A stretch of DNA of 64,000 nucleotides from an uncultured delta proteobacterium (GTDB taxonomy: Bacteria > Myxococcota_A > UBA9160 > PR03). Each line of letters starts with the position of its first letter. The first letter of the stretch is position 1. The DNA is taken from assembly GCA_963801625.1 (NCBI GenBank), contig CAWDFQ010000010.1:422245-486244 (forward strand), read 5' to 3'. Of the stretch, positions 39,462-52,679 are shown piece after piece. The notes beneath the pieces were generated by a model. The model saw nothing but the letters and a program-made list of their open reading frames with translations. It searched no databases and was not told where the DNA came from. The translations under genes were made by a program, and so were the position numbers.

Positions 39462-39890
39462 ATGCTGCGCGTCGATGCGTACTCGATCCATCACTCGTCC
39501 AACGCCTACCTCGGCGTGATCCTCGCCGAGCGCGCGCTCGCGGGGCTGCCCGCAAAGCTGGTGCGGCGCCCGCTCTGCGTGCCGAAGCAGCGCGGCGTCT
39601 GGGTGGCGGATCTCGTCGGCGGTCGCGCGAACCCGCGCCAAGGCAGCTACCACCGCGAGGACTGCCTGCGCTGGGCGGCGAAACACGGCATCGAGATGCG
39701 CTTCCTGGCGCGCGAGGAAGTTCCGGCGCGCGGCGACGAAGCGGGGTGCCTGCTCGACGCAGCGCTCGCCGACTTCGACCGCATCGAGTGTCCAGGCGGG
39801 CCGACCTTCGTGTTCGAGGGCGAGCGCTTCTGGGGCAAGGATCGCGTCGACTGGCTCGCGGACGCGGTGCGACGGCGACTCGCTTCATGA
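39462..39890 (+). CDS. DsbA-family / 2-hydroxychromene-2-carboxylate isomerase-like protein, unusually short
   Basis: [18 protein letters not shown]...[23 protein letters not shown]. Only 142 codons, and the middle of the fold seems abbreviated. Confidence 0.45.
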   Translation: MLRVDAYSIHHSSNAYLGVILAERALAGLPAKLVRRPLCVPKQRGVWVADLVGGRANPRQGSYHREDCLRWAAKHGIEMRFLAREEVPARGDEAGCLLDAALADFDRIECPGGPTFVFEGERFWGKDRVDWLADAVRRRLAS

Positions 39891-39913
39891 ACGCCGGACA
39901 GTGACGGTCCGCG

Positions 39914-40240
39914 TCAGGCGCCGGCGCGCGTCGGCAACTCGAGCTTCGGTTCGTCGGGGTGACGCCGGTACAGGATCACCGTGTGGCCGACCAGACCGAC
40001 GAGCACCGCGCCGCCGACCCGTGCCAGCTCGGCAGCCGCCGCGCGCTTGTTGGAGGGCGAGCGCATCCGGACCTTCACCAGCTCGTGTACCGCGAGCGCT
40101 TCGCGCAGCGCGCGCAGCACGCCCTCGCTGAGACCGCCGTCGCCGACCCACACGACCGGATCGAGTCGCTGCGCGAGCGAGCGCAGGTACCGCTTCTGGA
40201 AGCCGGGGAGTTCGGGGGAGGCAGCAGGGCGATCGGACAT
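39914..40240 (-). CDS. yhbY: YhbY-like CRM-domain RNA-binding protein
   Basis: FQKRYLRSLAQRLDPVVWVGDGGLSEGVLRALREALAVHELVKVRM...GHTVILYR. Confidence 0.8.
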   Translation of the reverse strand: MSDRPAASPELPGFQKRYLRSLAQRLDPVVWVGDGGLSEGVLRALREALAVHELVKVRMRSPSNKRAAAAELARVGGAVLVGLVGHTVILYRRHPDEPKLELPTRAGA

Positions 40241-40321
40241 CGCGGCGCAGCATAGAGCGAGCCGGGAGCGGCGCGAGCGCGCGGGAAATCGCAACGATCT
40301 GACGCCGCCCGGCTTGCCACC

Positions 40322-41557
40322 TTGCGACGCGCGCGGCATCCATGTGCCGTGAACCCGAAGCGCCGCGTCGGCCTGCTGCTCGGGCTGTCCTACGTGGGCT
40401 TCGTGAGCCTGGGCCTGCCCGACGGCCTGCTCGGCGTCGCATGGCCGTCGATCCGCGCGCGCTTCGGGCTCGAACTCGATGCGCTCGGTCCGCTGCTGGT
40501 CGCGCTCACCGCGGGCTACGTCTTCGCGAGCTTTTCGAGCGGGCGACTGCTCGCGCAGATCAATCTCGGCGCGCTGCTCGCCGCGAGCTGCGCCGCGACC
40601 GCGGCGAGTCTGCTCGGCTATGCGCTCGCGCCCGCCTGGTCCGTGCTGGTCGGCTTCGGTCTCCTCGCGGGACTCGGCGCCGGCGCGATCGACGCCGCGC
40701 TCAACACCTACGTCGCCACCCACCACAGCGCGCGCACGCTCAACTGGCTGCACGCCTGCTACGGCGTCGGCGCGGCGAGCGGACCCGCGGTGATGACGAG
40801 CGTGCTGACGGCGGGACGTCCCTGGCAACGCGGTTACTTCCTCGTGGCGCTCGGCCAGATCGCGCTCGCGCTCTGTTTTCTCGTCACGCGCTCTTCGTGG
40901 CCCACAGTCGCGGGCGGCCCGCGCGACGGCGCGACCCGCGCTGCGAAGACCGCGTCCGGTCGCGCAACGCTCTCGCTGCCCGCCGCCTGGCTCGGCATGG
41001 CGGCGTTCTTCCTCTATGTCGGCCTCGAGCAGTCGGCCGGCGCGTGGGCATACAGCTTCTTGACCGAAGCGCGCGGCGTCGGGGTCGCTGTGGCCGGCAC
41101 CTGGGTAACGCTCTACTGGGGCGCCCTCACGGTCGGACGCGTGGTGTTCGGCATCCTCGCCGGTCGCGCGCGACTCGACGCGCTGGTGCGCGGCGCGCTC
41201 GTCGCGATCGCCGCCGCGGCGGCGCTGATCGCGTTCGATCCCTTCCCCGCCGCCAGCCCGATCGGCCTCGCGCTGCTCGGCTTCGCGTGTGGACCGATCT
41301 TCCCGTCGCTGATCGCCTCGACCGCGCGGCGACTCGGCGCGGCACACGCCGCCAACGGCGTCGGCTTCCAGGTCGCGGCGGCCGCGCTCGGGCAGGCGCT
41401 GATCCCGTGGCTGGTCGGCGGCATTGCGCAGCGCAGCAGTCTCGATGTGCTCGGTCCGCTGCTGCTCGGCTTCGCGGTCGTACTGATCGCGGTGCACGAG
41501 TGGCTCGCCCGTTCCGCTAGCGTGGGCTCGAGCGAAGTGGCGGTCGGCGCGTCCTGA
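40322..41557 (+). CDS. MFS transporter
   Basis: Intact 411-aa ORF with about 12 predicted hydrophobic segments. The start codon is uncertain. Confidence 0.75.
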   Translation: MRRARHPCAVNPKRRVGLLLGLSYVGFVSLGLPDGLLGVAWPSIRARFGLELDALGPLLVALTAGYVFASFSSGRLLAQINLGALLAASCAATAASLLGYALAPAWSVLVGFGLLAGLGAGAIDAALNTYVATHHSARTLNWLHACYGVGAASGPAVMTSVLTAGRPWQRGYFLVALGQIALALCFLVTRSSWPTVAGGPRDGATRAAKTASGRATLSLPAAWLGMAAFFLYVGLEQSAGAWAYSFLTEARGVGVAVAGTWVTLYWGALTVGRVVFGILAGRARLDALVRGALVAIAAAAALIAFDPFPAASPIGLALLGFACGPIFPSLIASTARRLGAAHAANGVGFQVAAAALGQALIPWLVGGIAQRSSLDVLGPLLLGFAVVLIAVHEWLARSASVGSSEVAVGAS

Positions 41558-41585
41558 CCCGCGCGGCTGCCGGTCAGGAGGTGAC

Positions 41586-42395
41586 GTGACACGAGCCGAC
41601 GAGAAAACGCGCTGGGATCCGGCGCAGTACCAGCGCTTCGAGCGCGAGCGCTCGCAACCGTTCCACGATCTCGTCACGCGCATTCCCGAAGGACCCGTGC
41701 GGCGCGCGGCCGATCTTGGCTGTGGCACCGGCGAACTGACGCGCAGCCTGCTCACGCGTTGGCCCGACGCCGAGATCGTCGGTGTCGATTCTTCGGAGAC
41801 GATGCTGGAGCGCGCCGGGGCGCACTCCACTTCGAACTCGCCGTCGGCGCGGCTGCGCTTCGTGCACGCCGATCTGCGCAACTGGGAGCCGCCCGCGCTG
41901 CTCGATCGCATCGTGTCGAACGCGGCGCTCCAATGGGTGACCGATCATGACGCGCTGCTCGCGCGTCTGGTCGGCTTCCTCGCGCCGGGCGGCGCGCTCG
42001 CCGTGCAGATGCCGCACAACGACGAGTCGCCCACGCAGGAAATCCTGCGCGCACTCTGGCGCGAGGCGCGTTTCGCATCGCAACTCGGCAACGCGCCGCG
42101 CGACCGGCGCGTCGCCGAGTCGTCGTGGTACGGCGAGCGCCTACTCGACCTTGGCTGCGACGTCGACGTGTGGGAAACCGTGTACCTGCACCGCATGGAG
42201 AACGCCGCGGCGATCGTCGAGTGGGTGAAGGGGACGGCGCTGCGCCCCGTTCTCTCGCGGCTCGACACTGCGGCGCGGGAAGCCTTCCTCGCCGCCTATC
42301 GCGAACGCGTGTGCGACGCCTACCCGAGCGGACCCCACGGCACCTGGTTCCCGTTCCGCCGGCTCTTCTTCGTCGCGACGCGCCGCGGCAAGTAG
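41586..42395 (+). CDS. tam: trans-aconitate 2-methyltransferase
   Basis: [21 protein letters not shown]...[10 protein letters not shown]...[10 protein letters not shown]. Intact 269 aa. Confidence 0.85.
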   Translation: MTRADEKTRWDPAQYQRFERERSQPFHDLVTRIPEGPVRRAADLGCGTGELTRSLLTRWPDAEIVGVDSSETMLERAGAHSTSNSPSARLRFVHADLRNWEPPALLDRIVSNAALQWVTDHDALLARLVGFLAPGGALAVQMPHNDESPTQEILRALWREARFASQLGNAPRDRRVAESSWYGERLLDLGCDVDVWETVYLHRMENAAAIVEWVKGTALRPVLSRLDTAAREAFLAAYRERVCDAYPSGPHGTWFPFRRLFFVATRRGK

Positions 42396-42541
42396 ACGCG
42401 AGGCCGACACGAAGTGGGCAAAGTCCCCCTAGCCCTCCTCGAATTCTTCTGCGTCCCTCGAAAAACGGGCCCACATTCGTTCGTTCCAGGGTTAGGCTGG
42501 AATCGCCCGCTCACCCCCAGTCTCCATGGAGGATTGGAATC

Positions 42542-43240
42542 ATGTCGATTGGAAGTCGCGCCTCAGCGGAATTTCTCGGCACGTTCTGGTTGGTGCTCGG
42601 CGGTTGCGGCAGCGCCGTCATCGCCGCCGCGTTCCCGCAGGTCGGGATCGGCCTGCTCGGTGTCGCGCTCGCCTTCGGCTTGACCGTCCTCACGATGGCG
42701 TATGCGATCGGCCACGTGTCGGGCTGCCATCTCAACCCCGCGGTGTCGGTGGGACTCGTCGCGGGCGGCCGCTTCCCGGCCGGCGAGCTGCTCCCGTACG
42801 TGATCGCGCAGGTCGCGGGCGCGATCGTCGCCGCCTTCGTGCTCTCGGTGATCGCGAGCGGCAAACCCGGCTTCGATCTGGTGGCGTCGGGCTTCGCGGC
42901 GAACGGCTATGCCGATCACTCGCCTGGTCACTACTCGCTCGTCGCGGCGTTCGTCTCGGAAGTGGTGATGACCTTCATGTTCCTGATGATCATCCTCGGC
43001 TCGACCGACAAGCGCGCGCCGGCCGGCTTCGCGCCGATTGCAATCGGGCTCGGGCTCACGCTGATCCATCTGATCAGCATCCCGGTGACCAACACGTCGG
43101 TGAACCCGGCGCGCAGCACGGGGCCGGCGCTCTTCGTAGGTGGCTGGGCGATCGGACAGCTCTGGCTGTTCTGGGTGGCGCCGATCGTGGGCGCCGCGCT
43201 CGCGGGCATCGGGTACCGCACGCTCTTCGAAGAGAAGTGA
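42542..43240 (+). CDS. aqpZ: aquaporin Z
   Basis: Two NPA boxes ([13 protein letters not shown]), [19 protein letters not shown] ggagga. Confidence 0.95.
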   Translation: MSIGSRASAEFLGTFWLVLGGCGSAVIAAAFPQVGIGLLGVALAFGLTVLTMAYAIGHVSGCHLNPAVSVGLVAGGRFPAGELLPYVIAQVAGAIVAAFVLSVIASGKPGFDLVASGFAANGYADHSPGHYSLVAAFVSEVVMTFMFLMIILGSTDKRAPAGFAPIAIGLGLTLIHLISIPVTNTSVNPARSTGPALFVGGWAIGQLWLFWVAPIVGAALAGIGYRTLFEEK

Positions 43241-43244
43241 CCGA

Positions 43245-43839
43245 GCGCAGGGCTGGCGCTTGTCCCAGATCTCGGTGTCGATCGGACCGGGATGGATCAG
43301 CGCGACGTGGATTCCGGATCGCGCGAGATCCAGCCACAGACCTTCGCTGAAGGCGTTCAGAGCCGCCTTGGACGCCGTGTAGACACCGTCGCGCGGCGGC
43401 ACCACCAGCGACGCGAACGAGGACACGTTCACGATCGCCCCGCCGCCGCCCTGCAGCATCTGCGGGATCGCCGCGTGCGTCGTCCAGACGCACGACAGGA
43501 AATTGAGACGCAACGTCGCCTCGACGTCCTCGTCGGTGACGCCGTACGCGAGCTTGTGCATCGGGATCGCCGCGTTGTTGACGAGCACGTCGATGCGACC
43601 GCAGCGCGCGACGGTCTCGTCGACGATGCTCCTGGCGAAGGCGCGCTCGCTGAGATCGCCGGCGAGATGGAACGACCCCTGTGCATCGGCGATGAGTTCG
43701 GCGACGAGTCCGCGCAGCTTCGCTTCGCGCCGTGCCACGACGACCACGGATTGCCGCGCCGCGCGAGGGCACGCGCCGTCTCTCGGCCGATCCCGGCGGA
43801 GGCGCCGGTGACGACACAGATGCGATCGTGCAGCTCCAC
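43245..43839 (-). pseudogene. short-chain dehydrogenase/reductase, one frameshift and 3' truncation
   Basis: [22 protein letters not shown] (frame 1), then NNAAIPMH...YTASKAALNAF...HPGPIDTEIWDK (frame 2). The conserved sequence runs straight into the aqpZ stop with no SDR stop codon. About 50 C-terminal residues are missing. Confidence 0.75.
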
Positions 43840-43994
43840 CGCCGCAGTCCTCCAGGGCTCGCGGACGCCCCATCTGTTCCGAAAAGGGGGTGGCGACGCA
43901 AGCGCCAGGCGCGCTCGCGCGGCGGGCTGACTGCGAGTTCCGTTTGTGCCCGCCTAAGTGGCAGGTTAGCTTGGCCTTTTCTCGCGAGGACCGA

Positions 43995-47180
<3,186 letters not shown>

Positions 47181-47184
<4 letters not shown>

Positions 47185-48926
47185 CCGACTACTACACCCC
47201 GACGATGCGCCTCTACATCGACCGTCTGGTCGACTGGGAGGGTTACCTGCGCCTGCGCAACGGTGGCACGCCCGACGTCGGCACGGAAGTCGGCGCCTAC
47301 CGCACCGTCCTCGAGACGACGGCGCTGCTCGCCGCGAGCCTCGAGCGCCGGGCGCGCGAGGATTGGCACATGGAGGCGGAGCTCACGCCGGACGGCGGTG
47401 CGCGGCCGCCCGCTCACATCCGCGACGCCTACCAGGAGCTTTGCGAGGCCGGGCTCGTGAGCCTGACCGTCTCCGAAGCCTACGGCGGCGCCGCGCTCCC
47501 TACGCTCGTGAATGGCATGTACATGGAGATGATGTCGCGTGCCGACGCGAGCTTGTTCACGTTGGTCGGCCTCCAGAACGGCGCGGCGAACGACATCGAG
47601 CGATACGCGAGCGACGAGCTGAAGCAGCTCTGGTTGCCGCGCTTCGTCTCCGGCGAGGCTCTCGGTTCGATGGATCTCACCGAGGCGAAGGCCGGCAGCG
47701 ACCTCGGCGGCATCACCACTCGGGTCACCGAGCAGCCCGACGGCACGGTGCGCGTGGACGGCACCAAGATCTTCATCACCAATGGTGGTGCTGACGTCCA
47801 TCTGGTGCTGGCCCGCGACGGCGACAGCTACGAGCAGTCGAAGGGCACCACCAACGGCCTCTCGCTGCTGCTCGTACCGTGGAAGCTCGAGGATGGCAGG
47901 CGCAACGGTGTGCGCGTGGCGCGGCTCGAACACAAACTCGGCATCCACGGCTCGCCGACCTGCGAGGTGCTCTTCGAAAACGCGGTGGGCTACCGGCTCG
48001 GCGCCAAGGGCCAGGGCTTCCGCGCGATGCTCGACCTGATGAACAACGCGCGGCTCGGGGTCGCGGAGCAGTCGGTGGGTGTGGCCAGCGCGGCGTTCCA
48101 TGAGGCGCGTCGCTACGCGGGCGAGCGCGAACAGTTCGGGCAGCCGGTGGCCAAGCAGCCGCTGGTGGTCGCGATGCTGGCGAAGATGGCGATCAACGTG
48201 GAGTCGGCGCGCTCGCTGCTCTACCGCACCTTCGCGCTGATCGACAAGAACATCGCGCGCGAGGCGGCGCTCCGGCGCGGCGACCTGCCGGCGGACGAAG
48301 CGGCGAAGCTGCAGCTCGCACTCGACCACGACCTCGCGCGCGTGCGGCTGCTGACACCGCTCTGCAAGTACTACGGGACCGAAATCTGTCCCGACGTCAC
48401 GCGCGACGCCATGCAGATCTTCGGCGGCCTCGGCTACACGATGGACGCCGACGTCGCGAAGCTGCACGCCGACAGCCTGATCATGACGATCTACGAAGGT
48501 ACCAGCGAGATCCAGGCGAGTTTCGCCTTGCGCGAGATGGGCAAGGGTGGCCTCGCTGGCGCGCTCGCGCACCTGAAGGACGAACTCGGCGCGATCAGCG
48601 GCGACGCGAAGCGCGCCGAACTCGCCAAGCTCGTCGGCACCCTGCTCGGCCGCATCCAGGAATGCTCGCAGGTGCTCTTCACCGACCTGCCCTACGCACT
48701 GCTGCGCGCCAAGATGATTGCGGAGATGGTGATCAACGCGAAGTGCGCCACCGAGCTGCTCCACCAGGTCGGCGCCGACGCGGCTCGCATCGACCTCGCC
48801 GAAGCCTTCATCCGCCGCCGCGTCATCGAGAGCGAGGCGCTCGCGAAGCGCATCGAGCAGAACCCCGTGGGCCGGCTCGAACGCGATGCGCGGATCCTGG
48901 CGGGGTACGCGGCGGCTGAGGGGTAG
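47181..48926 (+). CDS. acyl-CoA dehydrogenase (long form)
   Basis: Intact 581-aa ORF. The ATG overlaps the ileS stop (ATGA). Motifs GSMDLTEAKAGSDLG and IFGGLGYTMDADVAKLHADSLIMTIYEGTSEIQ. Confidence 0.9.
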
Positions 48927-48985
48927 AGCCCCCGCGGCTCTCTTGTCCCTCGCTGGCCGGTCTACGACGCGCCGCGCCCCGTTGC

Positions 48986-49477
48986 TCAGCCCACTCGCCG
49001 TCGGCGCGCCCCCGCGCCGAGTGCCACGCAACCGAGCGAGACGAGCAGCGCGGCCGTCGGCTCCGGCTCCGGCACGTTCACGGTGGCGAACGAGAGGGTG
49101 ACCGCCTCGAGCGGGATCGAGCCCCCGCTGCTCGCGGGCGCGATGCTGCTGATCAGCACGTCGCCGAAGACGAACATCGCGATCGGCACGTTGGGCAACA
49201 CGGTCGTGTCGACGCGGTCGACCTGCGCGGTGGCGAACGAGGTCCCAAGGACCGCGGCCATGGAGAGCGCCGGCGAGGCCGAGTCGACTTCCTTGGTGAA
49301 CGAGAAGGTGTTGCTCCCCAGCGACCAGCTGAGCAGCTGGATCGAGCCGGCGGGACCCGGTGGCCCGGCCTCGCCGGTGATCCCCGGGAGTGTGAGGTAG
49401 TAGAGCTGGAGCGCGTAAGCCGGTGCGGGGGCGGCGAACACGGCAAGCGTCAGGCAGAGGGCGCGGACGAACGGCAC
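48986..49477 (-). CDS. secreted Hcp-like domain protein with PEP-CTERM anchor
   Basis: GTG follows aaggag, then a signal peptide VPFVRALCLTLAVFAAPAPAYA. GSIQLLSWSLGSN and EVDSASPALSMAAVLG resemble Hcp signatures. The C-terminus reads VPEPEPTAALLVSLGCVALGAGARRRR. Confidence 0.55.
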   Translation of the reverse strand: MPFVRALCLTLAVFAAPAPAYALQLYYLTLPGITGEAGPPGPAGSIQLLSWSLGSNTFSFTKEVDSASPALSMAAVLGTSFATAQVDRVDTTVLPNVPIAMFVFGDVLISSIAPASSGGSIPLEAVTLSFATVNVPEPEPTAALLVSLGCVALGAGARRRRVG

Positions 49478-49795
49478 CACAGCTCCTTCTCGGATTGAAG
49501 TCGGACGAGCGGAGGCGCCTGCCTCCCCCTGGAGTAGGTAGTCCGGGAGAGGAGTTCGTGTCAGCCGATCCGGGGCCCGCGCATCGGAGACAGAAAAGCC
49601 CCTGCGGCAAGCGAGCCTTGCGTACATCGACCCAGCAGCTCGCGTCGTCGGGGAGCTGCGTTTGAGACTCCAGAAGCGTGTACAGGAATCGCATTCGGTT
49701 GTGTCCTCGAGCTTGTGCACGATCAAGCTCCCGCCGAACTGCGAGCTCTTCGATCAGAAGCAACTCGCCTGGTCCGAAGTCCACGCTGAACTCTT

Positions 49796-50179
49796 TCACT
49801 TCCGTACCGCCGCCGGTCGGCCGTGATCGGAACCGCCGCCGTCCTGGGTACCCGTGCGCACCTGGAGAGCACCGGGGCGTACCGTGAACACGAGGGCGAG
49901 GATGGGAGGACGGACCTCGCCGTCCAGCTCGTAGGGGCGCGGGGTCGCGGTTCGCACGGCGACCGTGCGACCGCGGTACCTCGCCACGAGGTCGAGCCGC
50001 TGCGGGAAGCCGCGCACGAGTCGCCACAGCACCGAGGCCCACTCGATCGGGCCTCGGGCGGACAGCACGGCCACGTCGAGGATGCCGTCGTCGGGTCGGG
50101 CGTCGGGGAACACTTCGACGCTACCCGTGACAGTGCCGCAGTTGCCGACGAGCACCATCGCGGTGCGGCCGTCGAACAC
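49796..50179 (-). pseudogene. C-terminal half of a YegS/DAG-kinase-family lipid kinase
   Basis: VLVGNCGTVTGSVEVFPDARPDDGILDVAVL...YELDGEVRPP...VRPGALQV. No catalytic N-terminal half is found upstream in any frame. Confidence 0.55.
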
Positions 50180-50419
50180 GGTCGCGGCGCTGTGCTTCGC
50201 GCCCGGCGCTCATGCGCAGGACGCCGCCGCGCTGCATGCGCGCCGGACGCTGCTGAGGCGTCTGCGCGACTGGTTCGCCGCGGTCGAACGCTACCCGCGG
50301 CAGCTGCACGAAATGGGGCGCGACGAATACCTGTCGATGCAGCGCAGGGAGCTGGCGCGGCAGCAAGCCGCCTCCGTCGAAGCGAACTGAGCGCGTGTCG
50401 GAACACGGGGGATGCGCGT

Positions 50420-50494
50420 ATGGCGATGGCGGAGAAGGTCCTCGCGCGGGCGTCCTCTCGCACGAGCGTCGCGCCCGGCGAGTACCTGACGGCG
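50420..50494 (+). pseudogene. 25-codon N-terminal fragment resembling aconitase-family LeuC/HacA
   Basis: MAMAEKVLARASSRTSVAPGEYLTA resembles the MAEKILAR..gr..v.PGe.v start of the family. Similarity ends after about 25 codons. Confidence 0.3.
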
Positions 50495-50575
50495 CTCGCG
50501 GGCTCGACGTACGTCGGCAGCTTGATGAGCTCCTGCGGGAGATTCTCTCTCTCGTCCGCCACCCGAGACAAGTTC

Positions 50576-50734
50576 TCACTTCAAGACCGTCCAGAGCGCG
50601 TGAATGACGCCGGGAACCCAACCGAGGAGACACAGGATGATGTTGATGATCGTGCTCTCCGCCGAATTGGTCTTCAGGTAGACGGCGAGCGGTGGCAACA
50701 GGATCGCGATGATGACGAGCAGTAGTTGATTCAT
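50576..50734 (-). CDS. YqaE/Pmp3 family small membrane protein
   Basis: The product is MNQLLLVIIAILLPPLAVYLKTNSAESTIINIILCLLGWVPGVIHALWTVLK. Local GC is lower. Confidence 0.8.
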   Translation of the reverse strand: MNQLLLVIIAILLPPLAVYLKTNSAESTIINIILCLLGWVPGVIHALWTVLK

Positions 50735-50997
50735 GCCACAGCGTCTCCTCGTTCGGTGGGACAAGGATCATCGCACCTGGTGGCGAGGCGCCCCTCTCGA
50801 TCCGGTCAGCCGTCCTGGCATAGATGGGACACGGGATCGGACGAGGCGTTTTGGCACTGGTGTGGCATGGGGCGGGACGGTCTTGATCGGCGATGGGTGC
50901 GGACGCCGCGGCTCAGTTTGGTGCGGCCCCGAGGCGGGCATGATACTTGCTGATTCGTAGGGCACGGAGCGCGACATCGCGCTCGCAGGAGCTCACC

Positions 50998-51198
50998 ATG
51001 AGTGGAAAGATGGATCAGGCGAAGGGACGGGCGAAGGAAGCTGCGGGCGTGGTGGTGGGCGACAAGGAGCTCGAGCGCGAGGGCAAGCTCCAGCGCGCAG
51101 CCGGTGACATCAAGGAGAAGGCGGGAGAGCTCGCCGACGACGTCAAGAAGGCGACGGAGAAGGTCGTCGACAAGGTGAAGCACGCGATCAAGCGCTGA
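50998..51198 (+). CDS. CsbD family stress protein
   Basis: MSGKMDQAKGRAKEAAGVVVGDKELEREGKLQRAAGDIKEKAGELADDVKK. Confidence 0.8.
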   Translation: MSGKMDQAKGRAKEAAGVVVGDKELEREGKLQRAAGDIKEKAGELADDVKKATEKVVDKVKHAIKR

Positions 51199-51327
51199 TC
51201 GCGCGCTGAGAATCCCGCGCGATATCCACGACTCCCTCGGGCGAGTGCTGACCTACATGCCCAGGGAAATCACCGCCGGAGAGTTCAGCTTCAAGCTGTC
51301 AGCCGGCCAACGAAATAGGAGTGGTTA

Positions 51328-51720
51328 ATGAAGGGCTTCGTGCAAGACATCGAGCGGCTCGCTGTCGAGAATAACGAGTTTCGCCGAGTGCTTTATACGG
51401 CAAAGCACTGCCAACTCGTCGTCATGACACTAAAGCCCAAGGAAGAGATCGGGGCGGAAGTCCACAAGCTCGACCAGTTCTTTCGCGTGGAGGAGGGGAC
51501 CGGTGAGGCGGTTCTCGATGGCGTTCGGACAGCGATCCGAGCGGGCTTCGCGGTAGTTGTCCCGGCTGGGACCAATCACAACATCATCAATACCGGCAAT
51601 CGTCCACTGAAGCTCTATACGCTCTATGCGCCGCCGAATCATCGGGACGGTGTTGTCCACCATACCCGCGACGACGCGGAGGCCGACAACGAACACTTCG
51701 ACGGCAAAACGACGGAATAG
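51328..51720 (+). CDS. cupin domain protein
   Basis: Intact 130-aa ORF. EVHKLDQFFRVEEGTGEAVLDG...VVVPAGTNHNIINTG. Confidence 0.75.
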   Translation: MKGFVQDIERLAVENNEFRRVLYTAKHCQLVVMTLKPKEEIGAEVHKLDQFFRVEEGTGEAVLDGVRTAIRAGFAVVVPAGTNHNIINTGNRPLKLYTLYAPPNHRDGVVHHTRDDAEADNEHFDGKTTE

Positions 51721-51890
51721 AGATTCGAGTGAGCGCCCGGCTCATCTCCGTCGCCGACAGCTTCGAGCGCTTCCGAGGCGGCTCTCGTTCTCCGCGGGAG
51801 TTGGCCGATCATCCCTACACGGACGTATAATGCCCGCTTGAGTCGGCTATCCGCTTTCCGGTGAAAAACGGATCCACAAGGAGTAAGACC

Positions 51891-52382
51891 ATGTCGCACT
51901 TCGATCGTGTTGCCGCCTCTGGAATGCTGCGCTCGACCGTCATTCTATTGGGGGCGGCTACTCTCGCCTCGTGTTCCGCGCACAGCCGGCCGGCAGTGCA
52001 AACATCCTCGAGCAAACCAACCGTAAGCTACGTGTATGGCGACGATCAAGGGCTGCTGGATGCCACGCGAAAAGCCGAAACCTTCTGCGTGCAATACAAC
52101 GCTTGGCCGACCGCCACGGGCTCCGAGGCACGATCTGACGGTCGTCATCTTACCTTTGTCTGTGACCAGCAGCGTACCTCTTCGCCGGCACCCGCCACAG
52201 TGGTAGTGCCGCCCGCTCCGCCGGCTCTCAACTACCCTTATCGGGATGACCGGGGTTTGATTGACGCGGTCAACCAGGCGCAACGGTATTGCATGGGATT
52301 CAATGCGAATGCGCGTTCGACTCGCGTAACCAACAATGCGGATGGCAGCCGAACCGTCTCGTTTGAATGTGAGCGCATGTAA
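51891..52382 (+). CDS. lipoprotein with a duplicated Cys-containing domain
   Basis: Lipobox LGAATLASC. The two related halves are YVYGDDQGLLDATRKAETFCVQYNA...HLTFVCD and YPYRDDRGLIDAVNQAQRYCMGFNA...TVSFECE. Confidence 0.6.
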   Translation: MSHFDRVAASGMLRSTVILLGAATLASCSAHSRPAVQTSSSKPTVSYVYGDDQGLLDATRKAETFCVQYNAWPTATGSEARSDGRHLTFVCDQQRTSSPAPATVVVPPAPPALNYPYRDDRGLIDAVNQAQRYCMGFNANARSTRVTNNADGSRTVSFECERM

Positions 52383-52679
52383 GTATCCATTGGCGTCCAC
52401 CGGCTCTTGTGCGGCGAATTCACCGTCCATCAACACGCGCGCAATCGCGGCTCGCGAGCCGGCGCGAAGTCGTTCGAAAGCCTCCAACGACGGCATTTCG
52501 CTGTGGTGTCGCTGTGATCTCTTGGAAATGCAGCAGAACATGGTCGTGAAGGCAGCGAGGAGGGGTTTGAAGCAGATGAAGCTCGAAGCGACGGCGTCGG
52601 TCGTGAATCGCCTTCGCAACGTGACCTTGTTCTGAATACCGGACAGCGTGCTCTGCTGCTGCGCGTAGCGCGCCGCGCG

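Noticed and set aside
36375-39890. 1171-aa + strand ORF
   Set aside because: It is antisense to the well-supported trpE(G) and ltaE genes and has an Arg/Ala/Gly/Pro-rich, low-complexity translation typical of stop-poor frames in 70% GC DNA. Only its last 140 or so codons (the DsbA-like gene) look real.
49481-49795. Possible riboswitch or small gene upstream of the Hcp-like gene (including a GTG ORF overlapping the lipid-kinase stop, VKEFSVDFGPGELLLIEEL...)
   Set aside because: I could not match any riboswitch consensus by eye. The ORF has weak GC3 bias and no recognisable family, so I leave the region as unexplained non-coding DNA.
52383-52679. Minus-strand ORF 51945..52619 (MRRRFTTDAV...EAFERLRAGSRAAIARVLMDGE...)
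   Set aside because: Most of it is antisense to the lipoprotein gene. The remainder is codon-aligned antisense to the open frame leading into the RNB gene. It matches no family.
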